Shown here: one piece after another, positions 15,128 through 25,382 of the stretch
How the letters are laid out: every line of letters starts with the position of its first letter
Position numbering within the stretch: position 1 is the stretch's first letter
Assembly (NCBI GenBank): GCA_963718745.1
Contig: OY970370.1
Location: 1,095,904-1,159,903 of the forward strand
DNA length: 64,000 nt
Source of the DNA: Candidatus Fermentibacterota bacterium
GTDB lineage: Bacteria; Fermentibacterota; Fermentibacteria; Fermentibacterales; Fermentibacteraceae
Direction of reading: 5' to 3'
Program-made: the position numbers and the translations under genes
Notes under the pieces: generated by a model
Seen by the model: the letters and a program-made list of their open reading frames with translations, nothing else
Told to the model about the DNA's origin: nothing
Database searches by the model: none

Positions 15128-15946
15128 ATGAACAAGAGACTAGTTGCAGGGATCGCCGCGTGTCTGCTCGCGGCCTGCGGCCAGCGCACGACGGAGCAGG
15201 AACTCTCGATGGTCCCTTCCACCGCGCTGGCACACATTCACATAGAATCACCGCTCCCTCCCGAGTTGTGGGCGTATCTCCCGGACGGGATCCTGCCCGT
15301 CGAGACGCCCTTCCTCCAGGAACTCACGGAGAAGGGCCCGCTCGGAATCTCCATAGCCGGCATAAACCTCACCAACCTCGAGCCTCAGCTCCTGATCCTC
15401 TCCAGGGACATCGTTCCGGATTCGATGCTCTCGATCGCGTCGCACTACATGGAATTCGCCGTCGACAGCGCGGCCGGGCGGTCCGACCTCACCTCCCCCT
15501 CCGGTGCCATACTCGGCTCGATAGCGTCCAGGGAGGGATGGACCTGTCTCTATGTCGGTCCGGCCCCGCAGTCGGTTATGACCTCCTGGCTCGAGCTCGC
15601 GGAATCCCGCAGCCTCGGGGCGGACAGCTCGCTCGCGAAGATCTCGGGTGACGCCGGAGATCTCTCGGTATTCATCCCCTCGGGCCTCATCACCTTCCTC
15701 AGGGTTGCCCCGCTGGAGAACTGGGTCGACGGCTGGGAGGAGGTCGAGAGCGCCCTTTCGCTAATCCAGCCGACGGCCGCCAGGCTCGACCTCTCCTTCG
15801 GCGGTTTCGTGTCGATCGAGGCGAGGATAGTCAGGCAAGGCGGCAAGATCTCGAGGGCGAGGATCGAGGTCGAGGATTCCGGCTTCTCACCCGGAGAGAT
15901 GCTCGCTTCGCTCAAACTCCTTCTGATGGCTGGAGGCATGCTGTGA
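15128..15946 (+). CDS. Hypothetical lipoprotein (first gene of an ABC/FtsX-type operon)
   Basis: Signal peptide MNKRLVAGIAACLLAACGQ with an LAAC lipobox. The track offers an alternative GTG start at 15119. The stop overlaps the downstream ABC ATPase start (GTGA). Confidence 0.7.
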   Translation: MNKRLVAGIAACLLAACGQRTTEQELSMVPSTALAHIHIESPLPPELWAYLPDGILPVETPFLQELTEKGPLGISIAGINLTNLEPQLLILSRDIVPDSMLSIASHYMEFAVDSAAGRSDLTSPSGAILGSIASREGWTCLYVGPAPQSVMTSWLELAESRSLGADSSLAKISGDAGDLSVFIPSGLITFLRVAPLENWVDGWEEVESALSLIQPTAARLDLSFGGFVSIEARIVRQGGKISRARIEVEDSGFSPGEMLASLKLLLMAGGML

Positions 15947-16611
15947 AGGAACAGGTGCTGAGGGCTGAAGGGATAGGCAGGTCCTTCGGGGACCTGAGGG
16001 TGCTCGACGGTCTCGACCTCTCGATCTCGGCCGGCGAGTTCCTCGGCATCACCGGCAGGAGCGGCACCGGCAAGAGCACTCTGCTGGGCATACTGGGAAC
16101 CCATGATCTGAACTTCGAGGGCACGCTCGAACTCGGCGGGAGGGATGTCCGCTCCGCCGGATCGGCAGAGCTGGCTGCACTCAGGCGCGAGTTCCTCGGA
16201 TACGTCTTCCAGGATTTCTATCTCCTTCCCGAGCTGACTGCCCTGGAGAACGCGATCCTGCCGGCCGTATTCTCCGGCAGGGACGCCGAATCGGCTAGGA
16301 ACGGCGCAATCGACGTGATGACCCATCTGGGGGTGCGCATGGACGAAACCCCCACCGCCATGCTCTCCCGAGGCGAGCGCCAGAGGGTCGCAGTGGCCAG
16401 GGGACTCGTGAACAAACCCCGCATCCTGCTCGCGGACGAACCCAGTGCGAGCCTGGACGACGACAACGAGAACATCCTCTTCGACATGCTCGACGGACTG
16501 AGACGGAAGCAGGGGTTCGCCCTCATCGCCGTCGTCCACTCAGTCTCCGTCCTGTCGAGGGTGGACAGGGTCCTGGAGCTGAAGGGGGGGCGCCTCCATG
16601 AGAACGCATGA
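15943..16611 (+). CDS. ABC transporter ATP-binding protein, LolD/MacB-type
   Basis: 222 aa with Walker A GRSGTGKST, Q-loop, signature LSRGERQRVAVARGL and Walker B ILLADEP. GTG start with a GGAGG 6 nt upstream. Confidence 0.9.
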   Translation: MKEQVLRAEGIGRSFGDLRVLDGLDLSISAGEFLGITGRSGTGKSTLLGILGTHDLNFEGTLELGGRDVRSAGSAELAALRREFLGYVFQDFYLLPELTALENAILPAVFSGRDAESARNGAIDVMTHLGVRMDETPTAMLSRGERQRVAVARGLVNKPRILLADEPSASLDDDNENILFDMLDGLRRKQGFALIAVVHSVSVLSRVDRVLELKGGRLHENA

Positions 16612-17887
16612 GACCGCATACGCGATAAAGCTATGGAACCGCGGTCACTGGCGCGATTACATCTTCAGCCAGCTCATGCTCTTCACGGCCGCCCTCTTCC
16701 TCGTCTTCTTCATCTCGATCGGCCTGGGAGTGCAGAAGGTCCTGGACAGGTTCATGTCCCACGACCTCCCGGCCGAGCAGGTGAGGGTCGTCCCTCCAGG
16801 GATCCAGGCAGGCTTCTTCCAGAGCGAACAGGGCGGGCTCGAAATCACAGAGTCCCTTCGCGAATCGATCCAGTCCCTCCCACAGGTCTCCAGGATGGAC
16901 CCGCAGATCTACGCGCACGTCCCTGCATATCTGGAGGGTCTGCTCGGCGGACAGCCCTACTACACGGACATCACGGTGGAAGGGGTCACGGGCGAGTTCC
17001 TGGGCGACTCGGTCCTTGCGGGGATCGACTGGTCCTACGATGTCGCCGACAGCGCGACGAAGTTCCTGCCGATAGTCCTCAGCGAGAACCTCCTCCTCCT
17101 GTACAACGCCGGCTATGCCGAAGCGAACGAGCTCGTCGGGCTGACCCCCGAAGGGGTGATAGGGATCGAATGCGAGGTGACGATGGGGCGGAGCTCCATC
17201 GCAAGCGTGACGCACAGGCCGGTCTCGGTCAGGGCGAGGATAGTCGCGGTTTCCAACAACCTCGCGCTGTTCGCACTCGCCGTGCCCATCGAATTCGTAG
17301 ACGACATGAACACGCTCTTCCTCCCGGAGAGGGAGAGGAGCTACAGCGCCCTGATGGTCACCGCGCAGAGGGCCGAGGACGTCCCGGCGATCGTAAGGGA
17401 GGTCGAAGCGCTCGGTCTCAGGGCGGAGACCCGCAGAGGGATTGCCCAGAAGGCGGAGCTGCTGGTTTCGATCGTCACCGCCGCGCTGTCCGCGCTTGCG
17501 CTGGCCATCCTGGTCTCGGCCGTGACCAGCGCGGTGCACACGCTGATCGCGGACATAAGGAACAGGAAGTTCGCGATAGGGGTCCTCGTCGCTCTGGGGA
17601 CACCATGGGAGAAGCTCGCGGCCGTCTTCTCCTTCCAGATACTCCTGATGTCCTCCGTGTCTCTCGTGCTCGGGGGGCTGGGAGGCACCCTGGTGGCCTG
17701 GGGGGTGAGCGAGGCTCTGCTTTCGCTATCCACCGTGCTCAGAGCCGCCCTGGACTCCCTCGCGGTGTTCCCTGCAGGCTGGATGGCGGCGGGGCTGGTC
17801 GTCGTGCTAGCGGTTTCGACGGGCCTTGCCTGGCTCTCGTTCAGGAAGCTCCTCGGCCAGCCGGTAGCGGACCTGCTGAGGCGCTAG
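16598..17887 (+). CDS. ABC transporter permease, FtsX/LolCE/MacB family
   Basis: 429 aa. An N-terminal TM helix, a large periplasmic domain, and a C-terminal three-helix FtsX bundle. Overlaps the ATPase gene by 14 nt. Confidence 0.85.
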   Translation: MRTHETAYAIKLWNRGHWRDYIFSQLMLFTAALFLVFFISIGLGVQKVLDRFMSHDLPAEQVRVVPPGIQAGFFQSEQGGLEITESLRESIQSLPQVSRMDPQIYAHVPAYLEGLLGGQPYYTDITVEGVTGEFLGDSVLAGIDWSYDVADSATKFLPIVLSENLLLLYNAGYAEANELVGLTPEGVIGIECEVTMGRSSIASVTHRPVSVRARIVAVSNNLALFALAVPIEFVDDMNTLFLPERERSYSALMVTAQRAEDVPAIVREVEALGLRAETRRGIAQKAELLVSIVTAALSALALAILVSAVTSAVHTLIADIRNRKFAIGVLVALGTPWEKLAAVFSFQILLMSSVSLVLGGLGGTLVAWGVSEALLSLSTVLRAALDSLAVFPAGWMAAGLVVVLAVSTGLAWLSFRKLLGQPVADLLRR

Positions 17888-17897
17888 GCGGGAACTC

Positions 17898-20693
17898 CTA
17901 GAAGAGGGAGAGGCTGATCCTCGAGTAGATCTCCGAATCGAGCTTCTCCCAGGACGAGATGACAGGCCTGTTGGTGTAGTCCAGGTTGCAGCCCACAGTG
18001 AAGCTCAGCCTGTCCATCGCATCGAACGAAAGCTCCGCGTTGCCGTTGGCTATGTAGTCATCAGTGTCGTCGGGCGGGAGGTACAGGCCCGCCCCCAGCC
18101 AGAGGGACGGCAGAAGCGAATCGTCCTTGCTCATCCACAGACCCATTGACAGGTACGATGTCCAGTCGTCGGTCTGCTTCTCCTCCCGGTACCACTGGCT
18201 CGAAACCATCCCCACGCCAGCCTCCGGAGAGACATAGAGCCAGTCGGTGATCCATTCGCGGTATCCGATGGAAGCGTAGGAACTCACCTGCCACGGGCGG
18301 ACCGTGGCCGGCTGGCGGTCCCAGCTCCCGTGCGCCTTCACGTACAGAACGCCGGTGACGAAATAGTCCATCCCGAGAGAGGCCCAGGCAGAGTTCTCCC
18401 TCTCCTTGTCGTAGATCCGCTCGAGATTGCCCCTGAACTCGGCGTTGACCCTGCTTCCGCGGGGGCCGTAGATCCATGCCGCCTCCGCCCCGCCCTGGTA
18501 GGTGCTCTCCTCTCCGTTGCCCCGATCCATCGATACATCTGCCCAGATGGTGGTCGAGAAGGGTCTGGACTCCGATCTCCAGAAGCCGACGTCATAGGAC
18601 GGGTCGGAGATGTACCTGACCCTCTCCTCCGCATAGGCGTAGCCGGGGCTGATCCGGAGCGCATGCAGGTAGTGGTCGAGGGCGCCCGAGGGATCGCCCA
18701 GCCTCTCCCTGACTAGTCCAAGGTAGCAGATAGAGAAGACAGCCTGCGGGTCGATCTCGAGCGAGCGCTCGAGCCAGAGCTCCGCCTCGGGGTACATGTC
18801 CTGGAAGAGGTAGGCCTCCCCGAGATAGCTCGATGCTTCGTAGGAGGTGCTGTCGAGGGAGTAGGCGGCGGTGAACGCCTCCGATGCCTCTGCATAACGC
18901 TCGGACGCGCTCAGGAACGTCCCTCTGGCGGACCATATCGCCGGATCCTCCGGATGCTCCCTGACGGCCGCCCTGCTGATGCTGTCCGCTGCGCCGGCGT
19001 CCCCCGCGAGGGAGAGGAGGTCGCACATGGAGAGGATCGTCGCCGGATCGTCGGGCCTGACCGAGGCTGCGAGCAGCCCGGCTTCGATCGCATAAGCGTG
19101 CATGTCGTTGTAGAAGAAGCTCCATGCCAGGCCCTCCGCTGCCGCGGGATCCGCCTCGAACGCGAGAGCCTCGAGGCTGTCGGCCGCTGCTTCGTCTCCC
19201 GCCGCGCTCTGAATCATGGACATCTCCAGGAGAGCGACTCCGTGATCCGCCGAAGCCGTCCTGTATCTCTCCAGGAGGTCGAGCGCGGCGACACCGTCGC
19301 CGCGGGACCGCTCGATCCTGGCAAGCCTCTGCAGGCCGAAAGAATAGAGGCTGTCGGCCTCGATCGCCGACCTGTAGACGACGGCTGCGGTGTCGGTCCT
19401 GCCCGACCTCTCGAGAAGCATCCCCAGCTCTCCCAGCAGCCACGAGTTCTGTGTGGCAGAATGGGTCGCCAGTATGTACCATCTGATCGCTTCGTCATCC
19501 TCGCCGGTGTCCTCGAAGAGCAGCCCTCGCTGCTCCCAGCCCCACTGGTACGTGGGGTCGGCCGCCACCGATGCCTCGTAGGCCCCGCCGGCCTCCTCTG
19601 TCATCCCCAGGCCGGAGTAGACGAATCCCAGCTCTCCCCAGGTCCATGCGTCCGATGGATCCGCCTCCAGAGCCCTCCTGTAGTCGATAACCGCCTGCTC
19701 CGGGTTGCCGGCTTCCTCCTCCATCAGTCCGAGGCTGACCCATGCCTTGCTCATCGCGGGGTCTATCGCAAGTGCCGTCTCGAACCACGTCCGGGCGGAA
19801 TCGGCGAGACCCTCCTGCTCGACGAGGAGACCCATCCTGTAGGCGGCCCACGAGTATTCCGGATCGACCTCCAGACTCTTCGCGTACCATTCCCCCGCCA
19901 TCTCGAAGAGTCCGACAGCCTCCAGGCTCCAGGCGAGCTCCCCGTAGGCCCACGAGTACCCTGGATCGGCCTCGATGATTGCACGATAGAGCTTTATCGC
20001 GCCTCCGAAATCGCCCTGCTCCTCGCGGATCAGCCCGAGCCTCCTGAGAGCCTCCACGTTGCCGGGATCCGAAGCCGTCAATCCCTCGTAGACGACCGCC
20101 GCAGAGTCCGGCCTCCCGGCCTCCTCCAGCTGGAAACCCAGTTCGAGGGCGAGATCCGGATCGTCGGGATGCCGGCCGGAGAAGAGCAAGGCCTTCGCGA
20201 GGGCCTCGTCCGGGAATCCTGCATAGCTGAGCGACTGGACGAGGGGCAGGCAGGCCGGTCTGTAGGCGGCGTCGACCTCGAGGAGCCCGCCGAGCAGCTC
20301 CGCGGATCCGGCGAACTCGCCCCGGTCGAAGAGCACGAGCGCCAGCCCCTCTACGGCCGGAGCGAACGAGTCGTCGAGTTCCATGGCCTTCCTGAAGGCG
20401 TCTTCGGCCTGATAGGGATCGGCAATCCGGAGAACCGTGCCCCTCGCCGTCCAGGCGACGGGTGAGAGCGAGTCGAGCAGCAGCGCCCTTTCGGACCAGT
20501 CGAAGGCGTTAGATTCGATTCCGCTCCTCACAGCGGCGATGGCTGCCCCGGCCCATGCATCCGCAGAGGTCGAATCCTCCTCGACGGCCAGGCTCGCCAG
20601 TTCATATGCCCTTTCCCAGTCGGCATCTGCGCACGCCTCGAGCCATCCGCCGGGCGGCGCTCCCAGGATCACTGCCAGCAGAAGAGCACCCAT
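17898..20693 (-). CDS. TPR-repeat protein with a C-terminal outer-membrane beta-barrel-like domain (PgaA/BcsC-like architecture)
   Basis: 931 aa with an N-terminal hydrophobic leader and many TPR repeats across about 650 aa. The last roughly 250 aa show an alternating amphipathic pattern and end in ...SRISLSLF, a C-terminal Phe as in OM beta-barrels. Confidence 0.6.
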   Translation of the reverse strand: MGALLLAVILGAPPGGWLEACADADWERAYELASLAVEEDSTSADAWAGAAIAAVRSGIESNAFDWSERALLLDSLSPVAWTARGTVLRIADPYQAEDAFRKAMELDDSFAPAVEGLALVLFDRGEFAGSAELLGGLLEVDAAYRPACLPLVQSLSYAGFPDEALAKALLFSGRHPDDPDLALELGFQLEEAGRPDSAAVVYEGLTASDPGNVEALRRLGLIREEQGDFGGAIKLYRAIIEADPGYSWAYGELAWSLEAVGLFEMAGEWYAKSLEVDPEYSWAAYRMGLLVEQEGLADSARTWFETALAIDPAMSKAWVSLGLMEEEAGNPEQAVIDYRRALEADPSDAWTWGELGFVYSGLGMTEEAGGAYEASVAADPTYQWGWEQRGLLFEDTGEDDEAIRWYILATHSATQNSWLLGELGMLLERSGRTDTAAVVYRSAIEADSLYSFGLQRLARIERSRGDGVAALDLLERYRTASADHGVALLEMSMIQSAAGDEAAADSLEALAFEADPAAAEGLAWSFFYNDMHAYAIEAGLLAASVRPDDPATILSMCDLLSLAGDAGAADSISRAAVREHPEDPAIWSARGTFLSASERYAEASEAFTAAYSLDSTSYEASSYLGEAYLFQDMYPEAELWLERSLEIDPQAVFSICYLGLVRERLGDPSGALDHYLHALRISPGYAYAEERVRYISDPSYDVGFWRSESRPFSTTIWADVSMDRGNGEESTYQGGAEAAWIYGPRGSRVNAEFRGNLERIYDKERENSAWASLGMDYFVTGVLYVKAHGSWDRQPATVRPWQVSSYASIGYREWITDWLYVSPEAGVGMVSSQWYREEKQTDDWTSYLSMGLWMSKDDSLLPSLWLGAGLYLPPDDTDDYIANGNAELSFDAMDRLSFTVGCNLDYTNRPVISSWEKLDSEIYSRISLSLF

Positions 20694-20699
20694 GGCAAC

Positions 20700-21488
20700 T
20701 CAGCCTCCCGTCAGGATGACCGCCGTGCAGACCAAGGAGGCGGCCAGGCAGTATACCCCGAAGATCCACAACCGATTCCGTTCGAGAATGCCGATGAGCA
20801 CCTTCAGGGCCAGGTAGCCGGTGATGGCGGAGATCGCAAAACCTGTAGCGGCTGTCAGAGCATCCGCGCCGGAGATCGAGGATATCTCCCGGGCCTCGAG
20901 GAGACCCGCTCCTGCGATGGCCGGGATGGACATCAGGAAGGAGAATCGCGCGGCCGCCGTCTGGGTGGTCCCGGAGACCGTGATGGCGGATATCGTGGAC
21001 CCGGACCTGGAGATGCCCGGAAGGATCGCGACCGCCTGGGCGAGCCCGCCCGCTGCCGCAGAGAGGAACCCGGGGCTCCCGCCGGCCCGCTTCCTGCTCC
21101 TCCCGGCTGCGAGCAGGACCAGTCCGTTCAGGCCGAGGAGAAGGGCGACCAGAAGCGGGGAGGAGAATGCGGCCTCGATCCGGTCCTGGAGGAGCAGCCC
21201 GCACACGCCTGCGGGAATGGACGCAATGAACAGCAGGAGCAACAGCCGGAGGGAGTCCCTCCTGCCGTGGAGCACCCCCGAGGCCAGTCCGGCAAGGTCC
21301 GACCTGTAGAAGACGACGACGGAGCACAGGGTGCCCAGGTGCAGGACCACCTCGAGGACAAGCCCGCCGTCCGGCGCCCTCGAGCCGAGGAAATGCCCGA
21401 GCAGTGCCAGATGCCCCGAACTGGAAACGGGCAGGAACTCGGCTATGCCCTGGACGACGGCCAGGATCAACACGGGGATCAGCTTCAT
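20700..21488 (-). CDS. uppP: Undecaprenyl-diphosphatase
   Basis: 262-aa polytopic membrane protein starting MKLIPVLILAVVQGIAEFLPVSSSGH, with a conserved BacA/UppP N-terminus. Confidence 0.9.
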   Translation of the reverse strand: MKLIPVLILAVVQGIAEFLPVSSSGHLALLGHFLGSRAPDGGLVLEVVLHLGTLCSVVVFYRSDLAGLASGVLHGRRDSLRLLLLLFIASIPAGVCGLLLQDRIEAAFSSPLLVALLLGLNGLVLLAAGRSRKRAGGSPGFLSAAAGGLAQAVAILPGISRSGSTISAITVSGTTQTAAARFSFLMSIPAIAGAGLLEAREISSISGADALTAATGFAISAITGYLALKVLIGILERNRLWIFGVYCLAASLVCTAVILTGG

Positions 21489-22687
21489 CCTTCCAGGAAC
21501 TCCCTGTGCAGGGCCGCCAGCGCGACGTCCCGATCCACGGACCGGACCAGGGCCGAAATGGTTGCATGGGAGTCGACCGTCTGCAGCATCTCGACGCCTG
21601 CATCGTCGAGAGTTCTCGAGAAGCGGGCCATCACCCCGCGCAGGCCGTGCATCCCGGCGCCGACGATCGAGACCTTCGTGCAGGGGCCGTCGAGGCTGGC
21701 ACTCATGGACGGGGAAGAGAGCAGAGACACGACCGATGCGGCGTGCTCCATGGGGACTGTGAACAGGACGGTGTCTCCCATCACCGAGAACATGTCCATC
21801 GAGACGCCTGCGTCCGCGACCATGCCGAAGACACCTGCATAGAATGCGCTCCTGGCCGGGATGCCGTCCCCCGTGACCATTATCCGCCCAACCTCGGGGC
21901 CGGCCGCGACACCCGTGATGTATCTGCCGCCCCTGAGGGCGAAGGGCTCGATCCTCGTGACCGTTGCACCCGTGGAGTGCTTCCTTATCTCGACGGGTAT
22001 CCCGGCCTCGCCCGCGATCTCGGCGGCCCTGGGATGGACCACGCCGGCACCCTGCCAGGACATCTGCCTGAGGTCCTCGGAGCTTATCCTGTCTATCCTG
22101 ATTGCATTCGCGACGAGTGACGGATCGGCCGAGTGGATGGCCTCGATATTCTTGAACAGAACCGCTTCGGAAGCCCCGAGGGCGGCGGCCAGGGCGAGAG
22201 CGGAGGTGTCGGAGCCGCCCCGGCCCAGGGTGGTCGCGACACCTTCGGGACCGGCACCCTGGAAACCTGCTACGACGGGGACGATCCCTCTCTCGAGGCA
22301 GTCCATCACGCGCCCCGGATCGATCCGGGTTATCTCGGACTCACCAGGGACGCCGTCGGTCGAGATCCCGGCCTCCCAGCCGGTCATGGCCAGGGCGCGG
22401 ATGCCGGCGGTGCGCAGGCTCCCGGCTATGACGGCCGAGGAGATCATCTCGCCGCAGCAGAGTAGCTGGTCGCGCTCGAAGGGGTCCGCTCCCGGGGCAA
22501 GGTCGAGTAGCGTGTCCGTCGCGTACGGATCCCCCCTGCGGCCCATGGCCGATACGACCACGACGAGGTCCGAGCCATCCTCGACGGCTCGCAGGCAGTG
22601 GTCCACGGCGGCACGCCTGCCGTCCTCGCCGGCGATGCATGTCCCCCCGAACTTGAATACGCTGATCCGCCTGCCAGTCATGAGCAC
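21485..22687 (-). CDS. lysC: Aspartate kinase
   Basis: 400 aa with an N-terminal amino-acid-kinase motif (VFKFGGTC) and C-terminal tandem ACT domains. Overlaps the uppP start by 4 nt. Confidence 0.88.
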   Translation of the reverse strand: MLMTGRRISVFKFGGTCIAGEDGRRAAVDHCLRAVEDGSDLVVVVSAMGRRGDPYATDTLLDLAPGADPFERDQLLCCGEMISSAVIAGSLRTAGIRALAMTGWEAGISTDGVPGESEITRIDPGRVMDCLERGIVPVVAGFQGAGPEGVATTLGRGGSDTSALALAAALGASEAVLFKNIEAIHSADPSLVANAIRIDRISSEDLRQMSWQGAGVVHPRAAEIAGEAGIPVEIRKHSTGATVTRIEPFALRGGRYITGVAAGPEVGRIMVTGDGIPARSAFYAGVFGMVADAGVSMDMFSVMGDTVLFTVPMEHAASVVSLLSSPSMSASLDGPCTKVSIVGAGMHGLRGVMARFSRTLDDAGVEMLQTVDSHATISALVRSVDRDVALAALHREFLEG

Positions 22688-22803
22688 CTCCGGGTGGCGC
22701 GGTCCTCCGGATTCTACCCGATATCGCGGGGCCGGTGCCAGCCGTCGATTGCCGGACGCACGGAGCGGCCTTATCCTTCTGCGTCTGCACCGAAGGAGGG
22801 CAG

Positions 22804-24069
22804 TTGCGCACCTGTCTGATGCTCAAGAACAGACTCCGCACGGACGCACGGGTCAAGAAGGAGGCCCTGGCCCTGAAGGCCGCGGGTTGGGAGGTGACCA
22901 TCCTCTGCTGGGAGGAGCCGGATGCTCCCGCGGAAGAGGACTGGAACGGAATCCGGGTGAAGAGGCTGAGATTCCGCTCGGCAGCCTCGGTCTCGATTAC
23001 CGGAACACTCGATGATCCGTCCGGGCGCCGTGGACCCCTGGGCATGATCCTCTCCCTCCTCCGCCACAGCAGGACGAGGAGGAGAGCCACCGACTTCCTC
23101 AGGAACGCCCTGTTCGACTTCAAGCTCCTCTTCGCCGCGCTGCCCGTGAAGGCGGATGTGATCCACGCGAACGACCTCGACACGCTCCTGCCCGCCTGGA
23201 CGGCGGCCGTTGCCGGCCGGGCCCGCCTGGTGTACGACTCGCACGAGCTCTGGCTGGGTTCCACGAGATACCTCCGGGAAACTGGATTCCTGGGCAGGCT
23301 CCGGGACAGGCTCGTCGAGCGGCTTCTGATAAGGCGCGCCGATGCCGTGATAGCGGTTACCAGGGGCAGGATCGGAGCGATGCGGCAGATGTACCCGGGC
23401 ATCGACATCCACCTGGTGGAGAACTGCCCCGATCCGGTGCAGGAGCTGCCCGTCTCGAACTTCCTCGCAGACCTCACCGGAGGGACGTCGAATCCTCCGA
23501 TAGTGCTCTACCAGGGTGCGATAGCGTACGAACGCGGCCTGGAGCGCCTGATCGAGGCCTGCGGTCTCCTCTCCCCGGGTTCGGTCCGCGTAGTGATGAT
23601 AGGTCCGGACATGACCTCGGGCGTTCTTCCAGGAAGAGCCCGGAGGGACGACGTCAACGGGGTCCTCACCATACTCCCCGCCGTACCGTCCGAAAAGCTC
23701 TCCATGGTCACCGTGTCTGCCGACATCGGGCTGATACTCTTCCAGAACACCTGCCCCAACCACTACTACTCCCTCCCCAACAAGCTCTACGAATACATGA
23801 TGGCAGGCCTGCCCATCATCGCGAGCGACCTGCCCGAGATGTCCGAACTCCTGACCAGGGAGGGCTGCGGCATCCTGGTCGACCCCGAGGACCCCTCCGA
23901 CATCGCCGGGAGAATCCTTTCGCTCGCGGCCGACCCGGACAGGCGCCGGGAGCTGGGAGCGAAGGGCAGGGCGGCAGCCCTGGCCCGGTACACCTGGCCG
24001 CTTCAGGCGGAGGTCCTTGTCGGCCTGTACTCAGGGCTCGCGCCCGCCGAAGGAGGGAGCCCGGCTTGA
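22804..24069 (+). CDS. Glycosyltransferase family 4 (GT-B)
   Basis: C-terminal GT1/GT4 catalytic domain (YEYMMAGLPIIASDLPEMSELL...). Start is uncertain: a TTG at 22804 sits 4 nt after an AAGGAGG, an ATG at 22819 has no RBS, and the track gives 22735. Confidence 0.8.
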   Translation: MRTCLMLKNRLRTDARVKKEALALKAAGWEVTILCWEEPDAPAEEDWNGIRVKRLRFRSAASVSITGTLDDPSGRRGPLGMILSLLRHSRTRRRATDFLRNALFDFKLLFAALPVKADVIHANDLDTLLPAWTAAVAGRARLVYDSHELWLGSTRYLRETGFLGRLRDRLVERLLIRRADAVIAVTRGRIGAMRQMYPGIDIHLVENCPDPVQELPVSNFLADLTGGTSNPPIVLYQGAIAYERGLERLIEACGLLSPGSVRVVMIGPDMTSGVLPGRARRDDVNGVLTILPAVPSEKLSMVTVSADIGLILFQNTCPNHYYSLPNKLYEYMMAGLPIIASDLPEMSELLTREGCGILVDPEDPSDIAGRILSLAADPDRRRELGAKGRAAALARYTWPLQAEVLVGLYSGLAPAEGGSPA

Positions 24070-25289
24070 GGACCGCGTACGTTCTGGGGTTCCTGCCACC
24101 CTATGTGAGGTCGGAGCTCGAGCGCCTGTCCGCCCTGGGTGTCGAGACGGAGGTCTGGCTTCCCCGTTCCGACAGCTTCTGGGACTCGATAACCGGATCG
24201 GAGCTCCCGGGAGGCTCCGTCGCGGGAGGCGCGAAGGGCGACCTGCTGGTCGGCTCCCCTTCGACCGCCGAGATGGCGCGAGCGCTCTCGAGCACCATGC
24301 GGCGCTTCCTGATCTCTCCCGTCCGCATGGCCCGGCACGCGGGGACATCGCTCGGGGCATCCGGACCGAGCTTCCTCGTGTACGGGGCAAGGCTGGCTGA
24401 CGCTCTCTCCAGGAACCCGCCGGACAGGATACACAGCCATTTCGCCTGGGAGCCCGCCGCCGCCGCGATGTGGGCCTCCAAGCTGCTGGGGATCCCCTTC
24501 AGCCTTACGGTCCATGCCGCGGACATCTTCCGTCCGAGGAACCCGGGCACCGTAGGGATGATGCTTGCACACGCCTCGCCGCTGTTCACGATTTCAGACT
24601 TCAACAGGCGGTTCATCGCCGGGAGGTGGGGTGATGCGGTCGCCTCGGGAGCCGTCGTCACCCATCTGGGGATCGACCCGGACTCGCTGCCGCACGCAGT
24701 TCGCGGCGGAACGGGCGATGGCCTGATCTGGTGCACGGCAAGCGGCCTCGCCGAGAAGAAGGGGGTTCCTGACCTCCTGGAGGCCTGCAGGCTGCTCGAG
24801 GGTTCCGGAAACGGATGGCATTGCGTGATCGCAGGTTCCGACAGAGATGGCTGCAGCCTCGCCCGTTTCCGGGAGCTGGCCGGAGACCTCGTCCTCTCCG
24901 GGCGCGTGGAGATGCCGGGCTCTCTTCCTTCGCCGGAGGTGCTGATCAGGACATCGGCCGCCTCGGTCGCGGTCCTTCCCTGCATCAGAGCCTCGGACGG
25001 AGACATGGACGGGATACCGGTCGCCCTCATGGAGGCCATGGGGATGGGCGTCCCCGTCGTATCGACGAGGCTGTCGGGGATTCCAGAGCTGATCGAGGAC
25101 GGAGTGAGCGGGATCCTCGTCGAGCCCGGAGATCCCTCCGCCCTTGCGAGGTCCATCAGGAGGCTCCTCGACGACCCCGCTGCGGCGGCCCGGCTGGGCT
25201 ATGCCGGCAGGAGGCGGGTTTCGGAGCACTTCACCGCGGCTTCCCATGCTCGCAGGATGCTCGATGCGTGGCTTTCCCGGGATGCCTGA
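24066..25289 (+). CDS. Glycosyltransferase family 4 (GT-B)
   Basis: 407 aa with a C-terminal MEAMGMGVPVVSTRLSGIPELIEDGVSGILVEPGD motif (the EX7E region). TTG start overlaps the preceding stop (cTTGA). Confidence 0.85.
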   Translation: MRTAYVLGFLPPYVRSELERLSALGVETEVWLPRSDSFWDSITGSELPGGSVAGGAKGDLLVGSPSTAEMARALSSTMRRFLISPVRMARHAGTSLGASGPSFLVYGARLADALSRNPPDRIHSHFAWEPAAAAMWASKLLGIPFSLTVHAADIFRPRNPGTVGMMLAHASPLFTISDFNRRFIAGRWGDAVASGAVVTHLGIDPDSLPHAVRGGTGDGLIWCTASGLAEKKGVPDLLEACRLLEGSGNGWHCVIAGSDRDGCSLARFRELAGDLVLSGRVEMPGSLPSPEVLIRTSAASVAVLPCIRASDGDMDGIPVALMEAMGMGVPVVSTRLSGIPELIEDGVSGILVEPGDPSALARSIRRLLDDPAAAARLGYAGRRRVSEHFTAASHARRMLDAWLSRDA

Positions 25290-25382
25290 GGGATTCCCGG
25301 CCGCCCGCCGGAGCGGGTGCCTCTTGACCGCGGCGGGTGGGATTCAGCTTATTCCCGGCACCTGTGAACAAGGGGGCTAGAG

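Noticed and set aside
14917-15651. 244-aa plus-strand ORF starting inside the inverted-repeat element and running across the lipoprotein gene in another frame.
   Set aside because: No domains and a Pro/Arg/Gly-rich composition. It overlaps a lipoprotein gene that has a clear signal peptide and lipobox and is coupled to an ABC operon. It is a GC-frame artefact.
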